64,000 nt of DNA, taken from contig OZ037765.1 of NCBI GenBank assembly GCA_964035545.1, positions 35,054,080 to 35,118,079 on the forward strand, read 5' to 3'. A program made the translations under genes and the position numbers. The DNA is from Bugula neritina (Eukaryota; Animalia; Bryozoa). Below, piece after piece: positions 1 through 13,700 of this stretch (position 1 is its first letter; every line of letters starts with the position of its first letter). Under the pieces are notes generated by a model. That model made no database searches. It had not been told where the DNA came from and saw only the letters and a program-made list of their open reading frames with translations.

Positions 1-185
1 ATATATAGTTACATAGTGTTAGTATATAGTGTTAGTATATATAGTATATAGTGTTAGTATATAGTGTTAGTATATATAGTTATATAGTGTTAGTATATAG
101 TGTTAGTATATACATAGTTATGCAGTGTTAGTATATAGTGTTAGTATATACATAGTTATGCAGTGTTGGTATATACATAGTTAAA
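1..185. repeat. AT-rich degenerate tandem repeat (ATATAGTGTTAGT-like)
   Basis: Repeated atatagtgttagt / atatagttatgcagtgttagt units visible directly. Confidence 0.85.
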
Positions 186-749
186 TACTACTAGTGCACA
201 TACACTGCATTTCCATGAAGACAATGGATTCGTTTAGCATTCCTAGATTACATTGAAAGAAAACCGCAAGATTCTATGCAAATGCGCCAGCTGAATTAAA
301 ATGTAAATCAATGTGGCCAACTTTGAGTTAGTGCTCATTCACTATGACAATTAAATCACCACATCTACCCCTAATTTTGCTAGATTAAATTCACTAAATA
401 CACAAACTTTGATTCAATTTGTTTTAAATTGAAATAACTGAACCAGTGGAGGCATAAAGTGCTGTGTGACCAGTAAACCAAAGCTTGAGAGTAATTTAAA
501 ATTTCAAAATGAAAATAACTGTCAATTTATTTTTAGCTTTGGCTTATAGAAAAGTTTTATAGATTTAAGATGATTGGTGATTATTCTAAATAATAGCAGC
601 TAAGATAAATAAAATAATTTAAATAGTTGTTATGGAATGAACTGCACTTTAGCATAGAAAGGTTATAACTTATAACTATGTAAGTAGCAGCCACAAAGGG
701 CTTTCTTTGATATAATGAAGGACCCATTTCCAACGTTAGCATAATGCAA

Positions 750-1405
750 TGTTATATATTGTTAGTATATAGTGTTAGTATAATATATATAGGTATGTGC
801 TGTTAGTATATATAGTTATGTACTGTTAGTATATATAGTTATGTACTGTTAGTATATTATAGTGTTAGTATAATATATATAGGTATGTGCTGTTAGTATA
901 TATAGTTATGTACTGTTAGTATATTATAGTGTTAGTATAATATATATAGGTATGTGCTGTTGGTATATATATAGTTATGTACTGTTAGTATATATAGTTA
1001 TGTACTGTTAGTATATTATAGTGTTAGTATAATATAATATATAGGTATGTGCTGTTAGTATATATATAGTTATATACTGTTAGTATATGTAGTTAAGTGC
1101 TGTTAGTATATACAGTTATGTACTGTTAGTATATATAGTTATGTACTGTTAGTATATTATAGTGTTAGTATAATATATATAGGTATGTGCTGTTAGTATA
1201 TATAGTTATGTACTGTTAGTATATATAGTTATGTACTGTTAGTATATTATAGTGTTAGTATAATATATATAGGTATGTGCTGTTAGTATATATAGTTATG
1301 TACTGTTAGTATATGTAGTTAAGTGCTGTTAGTATATACAGTTATGTACTGTTAGTATATACAGTTATATAGTTAGTAGATATGTAGTAATATAATGTTA
1401 GTATA
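750..1405. repeat. Degenerate ~21-24 bp minisatellite (tatagttatgtactgttagta)
   Basis: Tandem copies with higher-order variants, related to the repeat at 1-185. Confidence 0.85.
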
Positions 1406-1791
1406 CCTGCTTGGCTAAAAGATATTACTGAGTCATGATTAATTATTCTAGTAATCAGTTAATTAGGCTATTAGTTACCACTAGTAAGGCAGGATATGCT
1501 GAGCTGCATTCATACTGACTAGGCCATTAGATGCTCACAGCTAAACAGTGTATGACTTGCCTCACAAAAGCTGTAGTGTGAACTAGGCATGAGACAGGCA
1601 GTAGAAGAGTATATAATGTTATATTGTCACTGCAACAACTGTTAAGAATAGCTGTTCTGCTTAGCACACAGGACTTGTTTGAAAATAGTTAGAAACGCCA
1701 TTTCATGTTGGGAGAAATTCCGTTTAAGCAATCTCTGTTTTGATAAAATTATTATAGAGCAAGTCTGTTTTCACTCTGTGTAATATACTAT

Positions 1792-4700
1792 TTACTTCAA
1801 AGGTACTTTATCATGAAATTTAGGAAAAAAGAAAAGTTTCCTTAGATGAGTAAAAGAGCATTCTAGTCTGGCTGGTACATTTCCACCAACTGGTTCTCCT
1901 GTTTTCTTGCAATAAGCAATACTGACTCGTCTAACTCTATCTTGTATCTGTGAGTGTGCAGATACAATATTATGGCTATTAAATTGTTAAAAGAAACATT
2001 CAACAGTTGTCTACCAAAGGAGCAAAGCCAATATAATTACTAAGCTCGTATAATTAACCTTGTTGAAAGCATCTTTCAATAGACCATGTAAGTTTGGTAC
2101 ATTTAGTACCTTGTACCAATTCTAGAATACTCACCACTATAACTTATATAAACTTCTGCAAGTTCAAATGCAAAATGCATACTTCTAGGAAATAGCTGTG
2201 CAACTTTTATTACATGCATTATTTTATTTCGTATCTTAAATTTATGAATCATGAGTTCATTTTTCAAAATGTTTAATTTAAGTGCTTAAAAAATGCAAAT
2301 AAAAAGTACAAGTTTAAAAAAATACCCTGGTGCAAATTGACCACAGCCCCAGCTGTTTTGGCAAAACACATTTAATGACATTTTCATCGACATAGTGGTA
2401 AATGGGCTGGTTGTTTTTGGCAGATGGGTAGCACGCTGGCTGGCTGCAACTTTATACAATTCTGATTGGCTGGACTCTACATGACCAGCTAATGATTGTA
2501 TCTGATTGGCCTAATAATTCATTTGCATTTGAAAATGTAGAGTTTTATATAAGTTATAGTAGTGATATTTTAGGGTTGGTACACACCCCTTTTTTGGTTG
2601 AGTTTTATAGTCTGATCACGCTGTAGTCATCTACAACACTTCAGTGTATGGGGAAATTATTAGTATTACGAAATCTGTTTTGGCTTATATTGCTATGCTA
2701 GTTTTCTGACTTAGTTTTTCATCAACCATATGCAGGCTGTTCTAACTTGAGTGATTTCATCAAAGGTAGACATTACTTAGACCTTAGAACATCAAATCAA
2801 CCAGTGCTGTTACTTGGTTTTATTGCAAAGCAGTAGTGAGAGCATAGCACACTTGCACAGTCACCTAGCTGCAATGGCAGTGGCCACACTAAACTCACCA
2901 GTTTTATTAAAATATCTTATGTAAGGCACCTAAATACACTAGCCTAGTCTGTTAGTATGTAGAGCAGTAGCACAGTTACAGCAGTCACACCACCCCTCTC
3001 TATCCTGTCTACCAAGTACAGAGGTTGCAAAAATGATAATCATTTCATGATTTAGTTTTAAATCAATGCATATTACTGAATACATTCTCATAGTCTGATT
3101 ATTTTGTGCTTCAGCTTATTTTAATGTGATAATTTAAAAAATTGCTTCACATGCATATTACAAATGCATGAACCTACGATAACCATAAATTATTTGCTTG
3201 TGCACTCACTACTGTTTTATTTTAAATTTATATAGCAGTAGCTTTTTTAATCAATCACATATTAATCTGCAAGAGTTTAATTGCACAAATAATGTAGACA
3301 TTTTGTATAAAAATTAGTATTAACATGTAATGCCTTGCATGTGGGTCTATATTGCCAGTTGGTATCATCACCTATAATACCATGTTGATAACCCTTTCTT
3401 GTATACGATTTATTTAGCGAAACAGCATGATTATCTTACAAATGTACTGACATCAGCCATGGGACAATATAGTCTAGAGTCTAGACTCTAGAATCTAAAC
3501 TCTAGATTCTTTTAACTGTGAAGTAATCAGCCTCAAACTATTGCTGGATGAAGTGCCTACACTTAGCTGTGAAGCTACTGCAATAACATCAACAATTTTA
3601 CTAATGAGTTTTCAATACATGTTTTAGTCAGTCGGGTAAAATACAAAGGTTCTCTGGTATACGCTAGAATAAATGATGATTAAACATTGGATTTGATGAA
3701 CATTTTTTTCATATTGTGTGATGCAACATGATATTTACAGAGAAACCGCTGATTCCACTAAAACTGTAATGAAGGCATTATATTTCAACACTGACTGCAT
3801 ACAACAATGTTACCAACAGAATATTATCCAAAATAAGCATCGAGTCTGAGCTGCCATTTTATTTCACCCAAAAACCATTAATATCAGACTTTAGCTTACA
3901 AAGCATAGTGGTATAGCACATGCATATACAATAGCACACCAAAAAATTTTTTATAAAGTGCTACACTTTATTGGTTACCAAGGGTGGCTGCAGAAAGCAC
4001 AGCAGAATATTATAATCTTTTCTAAAAGAGGTGCAAACAGTAAGCTTACACCTCCAGGACTATTTAGGATATCAAGTCTTTTATGGGTTGATTGCTCTTT
4101 TAACCTGGATTCTAAGGATAGCAATTAATTTAGTTTAGAGTTACTGCATTCTAGTCAGTTGAAAATGGCCTTTCTTTCCAGGTGGCATGGCCAGGAAATA
4201 AGTAAATACTGTAAGAAGATCGCCATGGTATAGTAGAAATAGGTGTGCTCCGGAAGCACTATAGTGAAGTTTTAATGGCTGGCATATGGTATTGGATACT
4301 AGCCCTCAGAATGTTTTTGTCATCTTCCTGCCTCAATGGTGGTTGATGATTACTTTGAGTGAGGAAAAACATGTATTGAAAACTCATTAGTATAGCTTCA
4401 GAGCTAGGTGCAGATATTTCCTCAAACAATGACTTGAGACTGAGAAGCTCACATTAAATATCACTTAAAAATGAAGCAAGCTGCTAACAAAATTACTTCA
4501 TAGTTGAAAAAACTGGACTATATTGTCCTATGGCTGATGGCATTGCATTTGTGGGATAAACATGCTGTTTCACTAAGGAAATCATGTACAAACTGGTGAT
4601 GATACCAATTGTAACAGTATAAACTAGCATGCCAAGCACTACAGGTTAAAGCTCAGTTTTATGTAAATCGTCTATGTTGTCTATTGCTAAAAGCTGTGCA

Positions 4701-7700
4701 TTTTAACTCCTGCAAATAAATATGCAACCAAGTTGAAAAAATTACTGTTGTAATTTTTTTAAGTAAAATAATGGTGGGTACATAAGCAACTAATTTATGC
4801 TTAGCACATGCTTATACATGTGTTCGTCAGTGTGCTGTAAATATATGCTAGTGATGATAAATATGGTGCAGCACTGCCATTACAGTTCGCTGACTGTGCT
4901 ATGCTATTGCTACTGTTTTGCAATAGTAACAACAGTGTTTGATTTGCTGCACCTAAACAGTGTCTACCTTCGATGAAATCACCTAAGTTATATAGCTGCC
5001 TATGGTTTATTACAAACCAAGTCAGAAAACTGGCATAGAAATATAAGCCAAAACAGATTTCGTAATACTAATAATTTCCCCATACACTGAAGTGTTGTAG
5101 ATGACTACAGCGTGATCAGACTATAAAACTCAACCAAAAAAGGGGTGTGTACCAACCCTAAAACATCACCACTATAACTTATATAAAACTCTACATTTTC
5201 AAATGCAAATGAATTATTAGGCCAATCAGATACAATCATTAGCTGGTCATGTAGAGTCCAGCCAATCAGAATTGTATAAAGTTGCAGCCAGCCAGTGTGC
5301 TACCCATCTGCCAAAAACAACCAGCCCATTTACCACTATGTCGATGAAAATGTCATTAAATGTGTTTTGCCAAAACAGCTGGGGCTGTGGTCAACTTGCA
5401 CCAGGGTATTTTTTTAAACTTGTACTTTTTATTTGCATTTTTAAGCACTTAAATTAAACATTTTGAAAAATGAACTCATGATTCATAAATTTAAGATACG
5501 AAATAAAATAATGCATGTAATAAAAGTTGCACAGCTATTTCCTAGAAGTATGCATTTTGCATTTGAACTTGCAGAAGTTTATATAAGTTATAGTGGTGAG
5601 TATTCTAGAATTGGTACAAGGTACTAAATGTACCAAGCTTACATGGTCTAAGAACAGAACTTTTCTTTCAAGTATCATGTCTAGGAGAGTAGATTTAGGT
5701 AGACACAAAGGTAGCATGGGCATTATGGCATTTAGAGGTTAGTTATTGTTCTAGACTTCTAGTACACCAGCAGAGATCACCAGCAGAGATTTTATATGGT
5801 GAATCAGGACCATTCATTTGACAACTTACAATTTTAAACAATTCATCTATATCCCTGTGACAGCTGTGTCTGTAGAATGTAGCCACCAGTATTCTGATAA
5901 ACCAGGTACCATAATTCTCATTCCTACCAGCTCTATAACCTACAACACAACAATACTTATTCACGCCTTTTTATAGCATCAGATTCAAGGTGCTTTTTCA
6001 TCAAAACTTGGCTGTTGATACTTACTCTCCGTACTGGGTTTCACTACATAAAAATCATCTGCATCTAAGTAGGTAGTCTTGTTGAAGTCGATGTTTGGTG
6101 GAACATTTTCAGCCATGTTTGGTGGAACATTTTCAGCCATGTTTGGTGGAACATTTTCAGCCATGTTTGGTGAAACATTTTCAGCCATGTTTGGTGAAAC
6201 ATTTTCAGCCATGTTTGGTGAAACATTTTCAGCCATGTTTGGTGAAACATTTTCAGCCATGTTTGGTGAAACATTTTCAGCCATGTTTGGTGGAACATTT
6301 TCAGCCATGTTTGGTGAAACATTTTCAGCCATGTTTGGTGAAACATTTTCAGCCATGTTTGGTGAAACATTTTCAGCCATGTTTGGTGAAACATTTTCAG
6401 CCATGTTTGGTGAAACATTTTCAGCCATGTTTGGTGAAACATTTTCAGCCGCTAAAGGTTGGTGTTGAGTTGGTGCTGAAGAGGCTGTTGTTGGTAGTGA
6501 GAAGTTGACAGAGTTTTGTGTGTGTGCATCAATTCCCATATCAATTCTACCTGCAATAATACAAAGCTGGTATACTTATCCACTTACACACTCTCAATAA
6601 TACAAAGCTGGCATACTTATCCACTTACACTCTCTCAATAATACAAAGCTGGTATACTTATCCACTTAACACTCTCAATAATACAAAGCTGGTATACTTA
6701 TCCACTTACACACTCTCAATAATACAAAGCTGGTATACTTATCCACTCAACACTCTCAATAATACAAAGCTGGCATACTTATCCACTTACACACTCTCAA
6801 TAATACAAAATTACAGTTCTACTATTCACATGTTGAACAATAAAGGAGTGGTCTCACTTGAAATAATTTTGAGTTGGAATTAAAATGGAGCTACTTAAAT
6901 TGCTTAGCAAATAACTCCTATTATGCTAATAAAACCATCTCAAAGTTTAAATTTAAGATAGGTGCTTGTGCAACAAAATAGCAAAACTATCAAATATCTG
7001 AACACTAAGTTTATGAATCTGAATATTTGAGGAAAACATAATTTTAATTATAAATGCTTGTACTTTATTATGAAATTTTAGTTGTTTTGTTGAATTAATG
7101 GTAAATGCTAGATTGTAGTAATTAATAAAAGTATTAAATTTGCTTACTGCCAGAGCAGGCATGGAAAATGATGAGTTTGGGTTTTCCTCTCATGGCAGGA
7201 AATTTACTAGCTGAGAGTAAATCTTTGACTTCTGACAAGTTGACAGGCTTACAGTGTCTGTCATAGAAGATGTTTCCAGAAGTTCCGTGTGACATGATGA
7301 CTAGAATGAACATGCCTAGATCCTTGTGATCTCTGTGGGTGGTCTCTTTCCTCACTTCTGATAATATTTCCTGTTGGAATAATTTTTTCCATCAGGTGTG
7401 TAATAATATCAAAAGAAAATTTACGATAAATGAAAAATATTTTGGTATTTTTAAAACAAAATACAGTATTTTTCTGTAGACAAGAGATGCACCCAAAATA
7501 CAGTATATTTCTATAGACAAAAGATGCACCCAAAGAGTAAATTGGACTGCAGCAACTATGAATGCACCAGCACTAATTTAATCACCTTTTTACTTAAGTC
7601 AAAGAGAGGATCATCTTCATTAGCTACAATGAATCCCATGTCTTTGAACAGTTTACTGATATTGTAGTAGTCAATATAAGAACCATCTCGGGTTGCCTCA

Positions 7701-10700
7701 GTCAGTTCACTGCCATCATCCCGAAAGAATCTCTCATTGTTTATGATCATGACACGACCTCTAACAGGGTCACTCATCGCATAAACCTCCAAATAAATTA
7801 AACAGTTAAATTTACCTATCGAAATTTTGAATTCACTGAAACAACCTGTTTAAAGTGAACATTGTTAAACTCAGCAATAACTTGTCAGTTGCACACATGC
7901 ATTTATAACATTTAAAAAGTCTCATTTGGGCCCCATAATAAGTGTTAACAAAAATTCACCTCTAAATTTTTAAGTTGCCTTAAATATTGAATGCCAGTCT
8001 GAAAATTTCTACGTTACAATTATTGTTCAGTAATAGCCTCTAGTCAAATTACAAAATTTTTCTCAACATTTGCTGCTGCAACTTTTGCTAGTTGAACATG
8101 CCAGCGACTTAAGCTCACGATTCTCACTAGCACATGAAAAATTTGAAACCGCAATGAGATATAACCCAATATTCTATGAGTACTTAAATAAGAAGCAATT
8201 GAAGTGATTAAATAGAAAATTACTTGTCTGTGGTCATCAAACAACTGCCTAACTCGTTCATTGTTGGTAGGCCTTAGTTTCATGCCATCAACCATAGATA
8301 TGAAAGGTTCAAGGTCATCTTTAGTAAAATCAGCATATCCTTCCTCTTCTACATCAGAGCATTCACTGATGTTGTCATCTTCCATCTGGGTTTTAACAAC
8401 TTGCTGTGGTTTACCTTTAGCATACAATTTAATTCATCAGTATTAGCATCATGGTGATAATTAGGTTAAACAGTATAATTGTAACTATTTTATCATTTTT
8501 AGGCCTTTGAAGATGATGACAAACTGGAATAGACAATAGAACTTTTATGGGATGAGCTAGCCAAAGAGACCAAACATCAAGTAAGTTGAAGGAGCATGTG
8601 TTTAGAATAGATGAAGTCTAGAAACAAAATATCATTAAAAGTCCCCATATAGGTGTAGTCATGTGAATTAATGATATATAATGAATATTGTACCATTGTC
8701 ATTGAATGAATTTTGTTTCAGTTGGTTGACATGCTCCTTGATACTATGAGCTTCATCTCTGGAAAGTGGACCACCTGTTGCAAGACGAATAACATCAGCT
8801 TTTTCGTTGAACATAAGTAATGAAATACAAATGAATAATTAAAATTAATAAATAATTTTAGCACATACATGGATAAATCAGAGCACTTGGTATCTCCTCA
8901 TCATTGCATAAAGTTGTTGAAAACCCACTGCACAGCTGCACATTTTTTGGCTGATGCTTTAAAGAGCGAAGGCACCATTGGGGCCTCAACACTTTCTTTG
9001 GGCAAGTATGTCCAAGTAACAGACAGTGAGCACAAAAACTGGTAGTCACTGGTCTACTCGCTGGCCAGGTTTCCAAAACATTCTTTAAAATATTGTTTGC
9101 AGTTACAATGATTTTTTCCCACATTTTGCTGATATTGGCAGCATCAGATGAGACATAGAGCAGGATCTTTCTGTGCTTGTAGTCATGCATCAGTTGGGTG
9201 TAAATCCCATCCTGGTACACATTTGCTCCATTTCTTTTCACGTGCAACACAGCAAAATCATCAGGAAAAAGTTCCAGCAAACCAACAGTCATCTGATGGT
9301 AAACATATTGTGGAAGTGCCAATCCATTGAAATGAGTCTCAACTTTGAGGTGCATGTTCTTTTGTGAAGAGTCAAATGAGTTGTAGTACTTATTTGCAAA
9401 TGGTGGTATAATAAAGCATGGTTCCTTGAACTCTTCATATAAAGGACCATACAACAATCGGAATGTCTTGAGTAGACAAACTGCAATTCTCATATCAGTG
9501 GGACTGCTGAAGGAGGTTTCTGTTTTTATTAGATAGAGGAGAAGACTTTGCACCATCAGGCCTGTTTCAGAGAAATAGTTCACAAATTCTTCAAAATCTT
9601 GTTTTTCAATGCAAATCTCATCTTCTGAATAGTATGGCTGAAATTTTTCTATTCTTTTCTGCCATATGTCCTGTTCATGGTGGTAAAAGACACACAATAG
9701 TTTTGTGACCTCTTTTATTTTGTGGAATATGTACTGTTCCAAGGAGCCAATGTTTTCATACCACAAAACTTTCCCACAGTCATGCATGTACGTCAGAATG
9801 GTTTTCAATTGATTTTGTTCAATTTGACCAAGTTCTGCTTGCAATGCAGCCAGCGTCTCATCAATGGTACTGTATGCAGACTGCATGGACATAACCCTTT
9901 GATTGACTTCTTCCCACACTAGTGGGAGAGGTTTGACAAAATCATGACTACTTTCAAGGAGGGACTTCTTGATTAAGTCAAATATGTCATACTCATCATC
10001 TATTCCTACCTCATATATATTGCCACGAGGAAAAACCCCTTCAGGTGATTTGCTAAAATGCTGTATTTGGGCAAAATCACCTTCTAGTGCTTTTTCTTCT
10101 TCAAGAATTTTTTTGCACAGCTTATTGGAGACTTCAAGAAAGCATTTTTTTAAATTTTGAAACCTGACATTTTCAAACTTATCTTTGTGAGTAAAGATAA
10201 GCTTGGGTGCACTAAGAACTGGATTGGCCAGGTAAAGGTGTGACATGTAGTCAAATGCCAGCTTCCGGACAGCTTCATCTCTCGTTGATTCAGCTGAAGT
10301 TTGTTCATATTGTTGCATGTTCACTACAATCACTGGTATACAGTTTTGTCTCAGTGTTAGTTGATATGTTATATGGTAGACCTCCTGACCTCCCATATCA
10401 ATGAGACGAAGTGCTATGCCATCTACCTCTACCTCTTCAATGTTGAATACTTTTGTTATTTCACTTTTCGCGGCCTCTGGGCTCCTATTTGTTAAAATTC
10501 TTTTTCGGTCGGGATTTTGCAATGTTTTAATTAGACTAGTTTTTCCCGCCATTGTGTTACCCAACACAGCTATTGTAACAAATGGTAAGTTTTTACCACT
10601 ACCTTTAGCCATATCTTGGTAATACTGTCTTACAGCATTTATTCCTCTCCTGCATACTTCCTGTGGGGGAGAGTTCAGGTTTTTGCTTTCTTGGACATTC

Positions 10701-13700
10701 AGCATTAATAGTTCAGTCATGTCTAATATACCAGGATCTAAAGATGTCAAGTAATTGTTTCTGCTAATGTCCAGCTTTTGCAAACTCTTCAGTGTAAATA
10801 CACAAGAGGGTAAGCTGGTAAAGTTGTTCTCAGATAAGTCCAGGTTCCGTAACTTCTGAAGACTCTGTATGCTAAATAAAAATGTAAAAATGTTACATAT
10901 ACCCAGGTATTTTAATTGAAATTTTAGCTAAAAGTAAAGTCAGCAAAAATTTTACGTTGTCAAAAACCCATCAGAGGTGCCTAATATGGCTGCATTTTGT
11001 AGACACACATGAGATATACTACACTATCTTATAATTTGTTGATGCCTTTTTTTCAGTTTTTTCCATGCACTGCTTTTCCGATTTGCCTTGAATAATTAAT
11101 TTTGGACAAATCACCCATTTATCTGCAGCAGATTTTGATTTACATGTTCATTCATTCATTATATTTTTAACAATGAAAATGATGGGATATTTCAGATGTA
11201 ATAATTTTTTTCTCTTCTAAAAATTCAATATAATGGCACGAAGTTTACTCATTGTCATTTTTAGCATTAGTATTAGAGTGTGTAAATAAAAATTGAAGGT
11301 GTCGGTTCTGAAGTCTTCAATCAACATGATTTGGTTACAACAAAGTTAACAAATAATGTGCTTGTTTAACCTATGAACACCAAGGTCTTATGAACTTTGC
11401 TAAGATAACTCCCAAATTAGCCTCGTATAGCTGCAGCGCCAAAGAGGCTTCGCTTGTGTTTTTTTTCAGTTATACATTTTTTTCTTTCACTTTTGACTAA
11501 ATATAGCAAAACAAATCAAAAATGTGTAAAAGGAAGCTAATTTTTACTTTTCCTACAAAGTGTTTTAAATATATACATGTACATGTAGTTATTTAGTTAT
11601 TTCAACTACGGACCCTTTTAATTCTGTAGTTATTTCAACTATGGACCCTCTTAATTCTGTAGTTCTTTTAACTATGGACCCTTTTAATTCTGTAGTTCTT
11701 TTAACTATGGAACCTTTTAATTCTGTAGTTCTTTTAACTATGGACCCTTTTAATTCTGTAGTTCTTTTAACTATGAAACCTTTTAATTCTGTACTTTTAA
11801 CTATGGACCCTTTTAATTCTGTAGTTGTTTTAACTATGGACCCTTTTACAAACACAAGCTTGTGGCAAAATCTTGTTCTTCACAAACTTTTTTTTATAAG
11901 AATAAATTTTAAATTAACCTGAGTATCAGAACACTGACCTGTTTGGCAGAGTTGTAAGACCGCAGTTTCTCAAATGTAACTCTCTCAGGGATACCAAAGG
12001 AGCCAAAGCATCATCTAGCAGCCCTTCAGATAAATTGTTACCCGTCACATTCAAGAATTCAATATTCTTCAGGTGAAAGATACTGAAACAAAACACAATG
12101 GTGTATAAAGTTTGGTCAATATGATTACCCAATAGATTGTTGGTTTTTTAACCTTATTATGAAGCCACTTTGCCCCATCCTAAAAAAACGTATCCAGAAT
12201 ACTATTTCACCAGTTTTTTAGACATGTGTGGGTCTTTTTGCCTACTTGCATTCTCAAACTTTACGCTGATATAATAAGTATATTAGGGCTAAAAATACGA
12301 ATTTGAAATGATTTTTCAATGTTAGTACCAGTGCGCACACTAACTATGTTCAGCCCAGAGCCGGCTTAGAAAACTTTTGCTCAGTATGTTTGTAAGGCCT
12401 ATCTAAATCCACATGATCAGATATGATATTACTTCATCCTCCTCCCGATGTAGTAAGTCTGGCTTCAACAACCCCCTTCTCCGATGTGTAGTTCAGCTAA
12501 TACCTCATATCCCTTTTCTAAGCTGGTTTTAATAAATTCAGAAATTTTTATTTTGGACTCTCAGATTTTAAGCAGTTTTTGGAGAATATGCCGGCTAGTC
12601 TGGGCTCTCTCGATGAGGTTCTCATGCCTGTTCATTCCGTATTTCAATCGATTGTCATTAAGAGATTATATCTCATGTGGTTGATTCATATGTCATCTCG
12701 TCAAATCAAGATTTATAATAAAGATATAGATTTTAAAGGTATGCAGCTTCACAAGAACATTACAAACTTTGTTCAACTTTTTTTTGCAATAGTTGCACAA
12801 TAAAAACATCTGCAGCCACGTAGTTTTTTGATTTGCTTCATTGTGTTAGAGCCTCTATTTCTTTACAAAGCAAATGTTGAGCCAAGAGTTTTTGCATATA
12901 CCCTTTGATATTTAAACAGCTTTTATTTATATTGAAGCTTTTCAAATTCTCAAATTTTCAAACTAAACTTTTTTATTTTTTTTAATCTTGGAACTTGAAG
13001 CAATAAGATTTGCTCTCAATACAACAACTTCCTCTACCTTTAGTAGACTTAATTTTTTGTTGCTCTAGCATTGGTGGTCTTTTGAATAGTTACCTACTTT
13101 TTTAGCCCTCAATATTGTCTCCCGGTAGTAGTCATCTATAAGTGTTTATAATATATTTTCCCACCTATAACTTGTGATTTTATCTCAATAGCCTCCTCAC
13201 CTTGTCAAGTACTCAGCTGCTCATGAGTCTGTCAAAATCTTTTTTCTTGATGTAGTTTTTATATTTATTGATAGCTACACTCAAGCACTCCTTAGACTTG
13301 GGCATTCCATCAGCTTTATACCTAATTATATGTATGTAAACTTCTCCAAGGTTGGGAAAAGCAATTTTTTTCTTAATTTTTTCCACTTGAGCTTTTATCC
13401 TCTGACCATTGTCTCAGCTTCATACCTTGGTAGCACCAATTAAATGTCATGTTTTCATGTGACTGTTTCAGGCATTCTATATGCATTTCAGTGATGCATG
13501 TTTCATTATCATTTATGGCTTTAAACTTCCATTTTCTTATGTTTGTGCCAGTTATTTCATACACATTACCCATACACATTACCCATACACATTGCCCATA
13601 CACATTACCCATTCACATTACCCATACAAATTGCCCATACACATTACCCATACACTTTACCCATACACATTACCCATACACATTACCCATACACATTGCC

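Noticed and set aside
5535-5829. Caspase C-terminus by read-through past 5830 or from ORF 5535-5723
   Set aside because: A strong GTAAGT donor follows LFKI, and exon 1792-1947 (IQDRV...LRKLFFFP) fits the caspase C-terminal pattern far better.
6065-6508. Alternative-frame ORFs (MFHQTWLK, MFGETFSA, HFQPCLVK repeats)
   Set aside because: Shadow frames of the 24-bp repeat; only the AENVSPNM frame connects to caspase motifs and splice phases.
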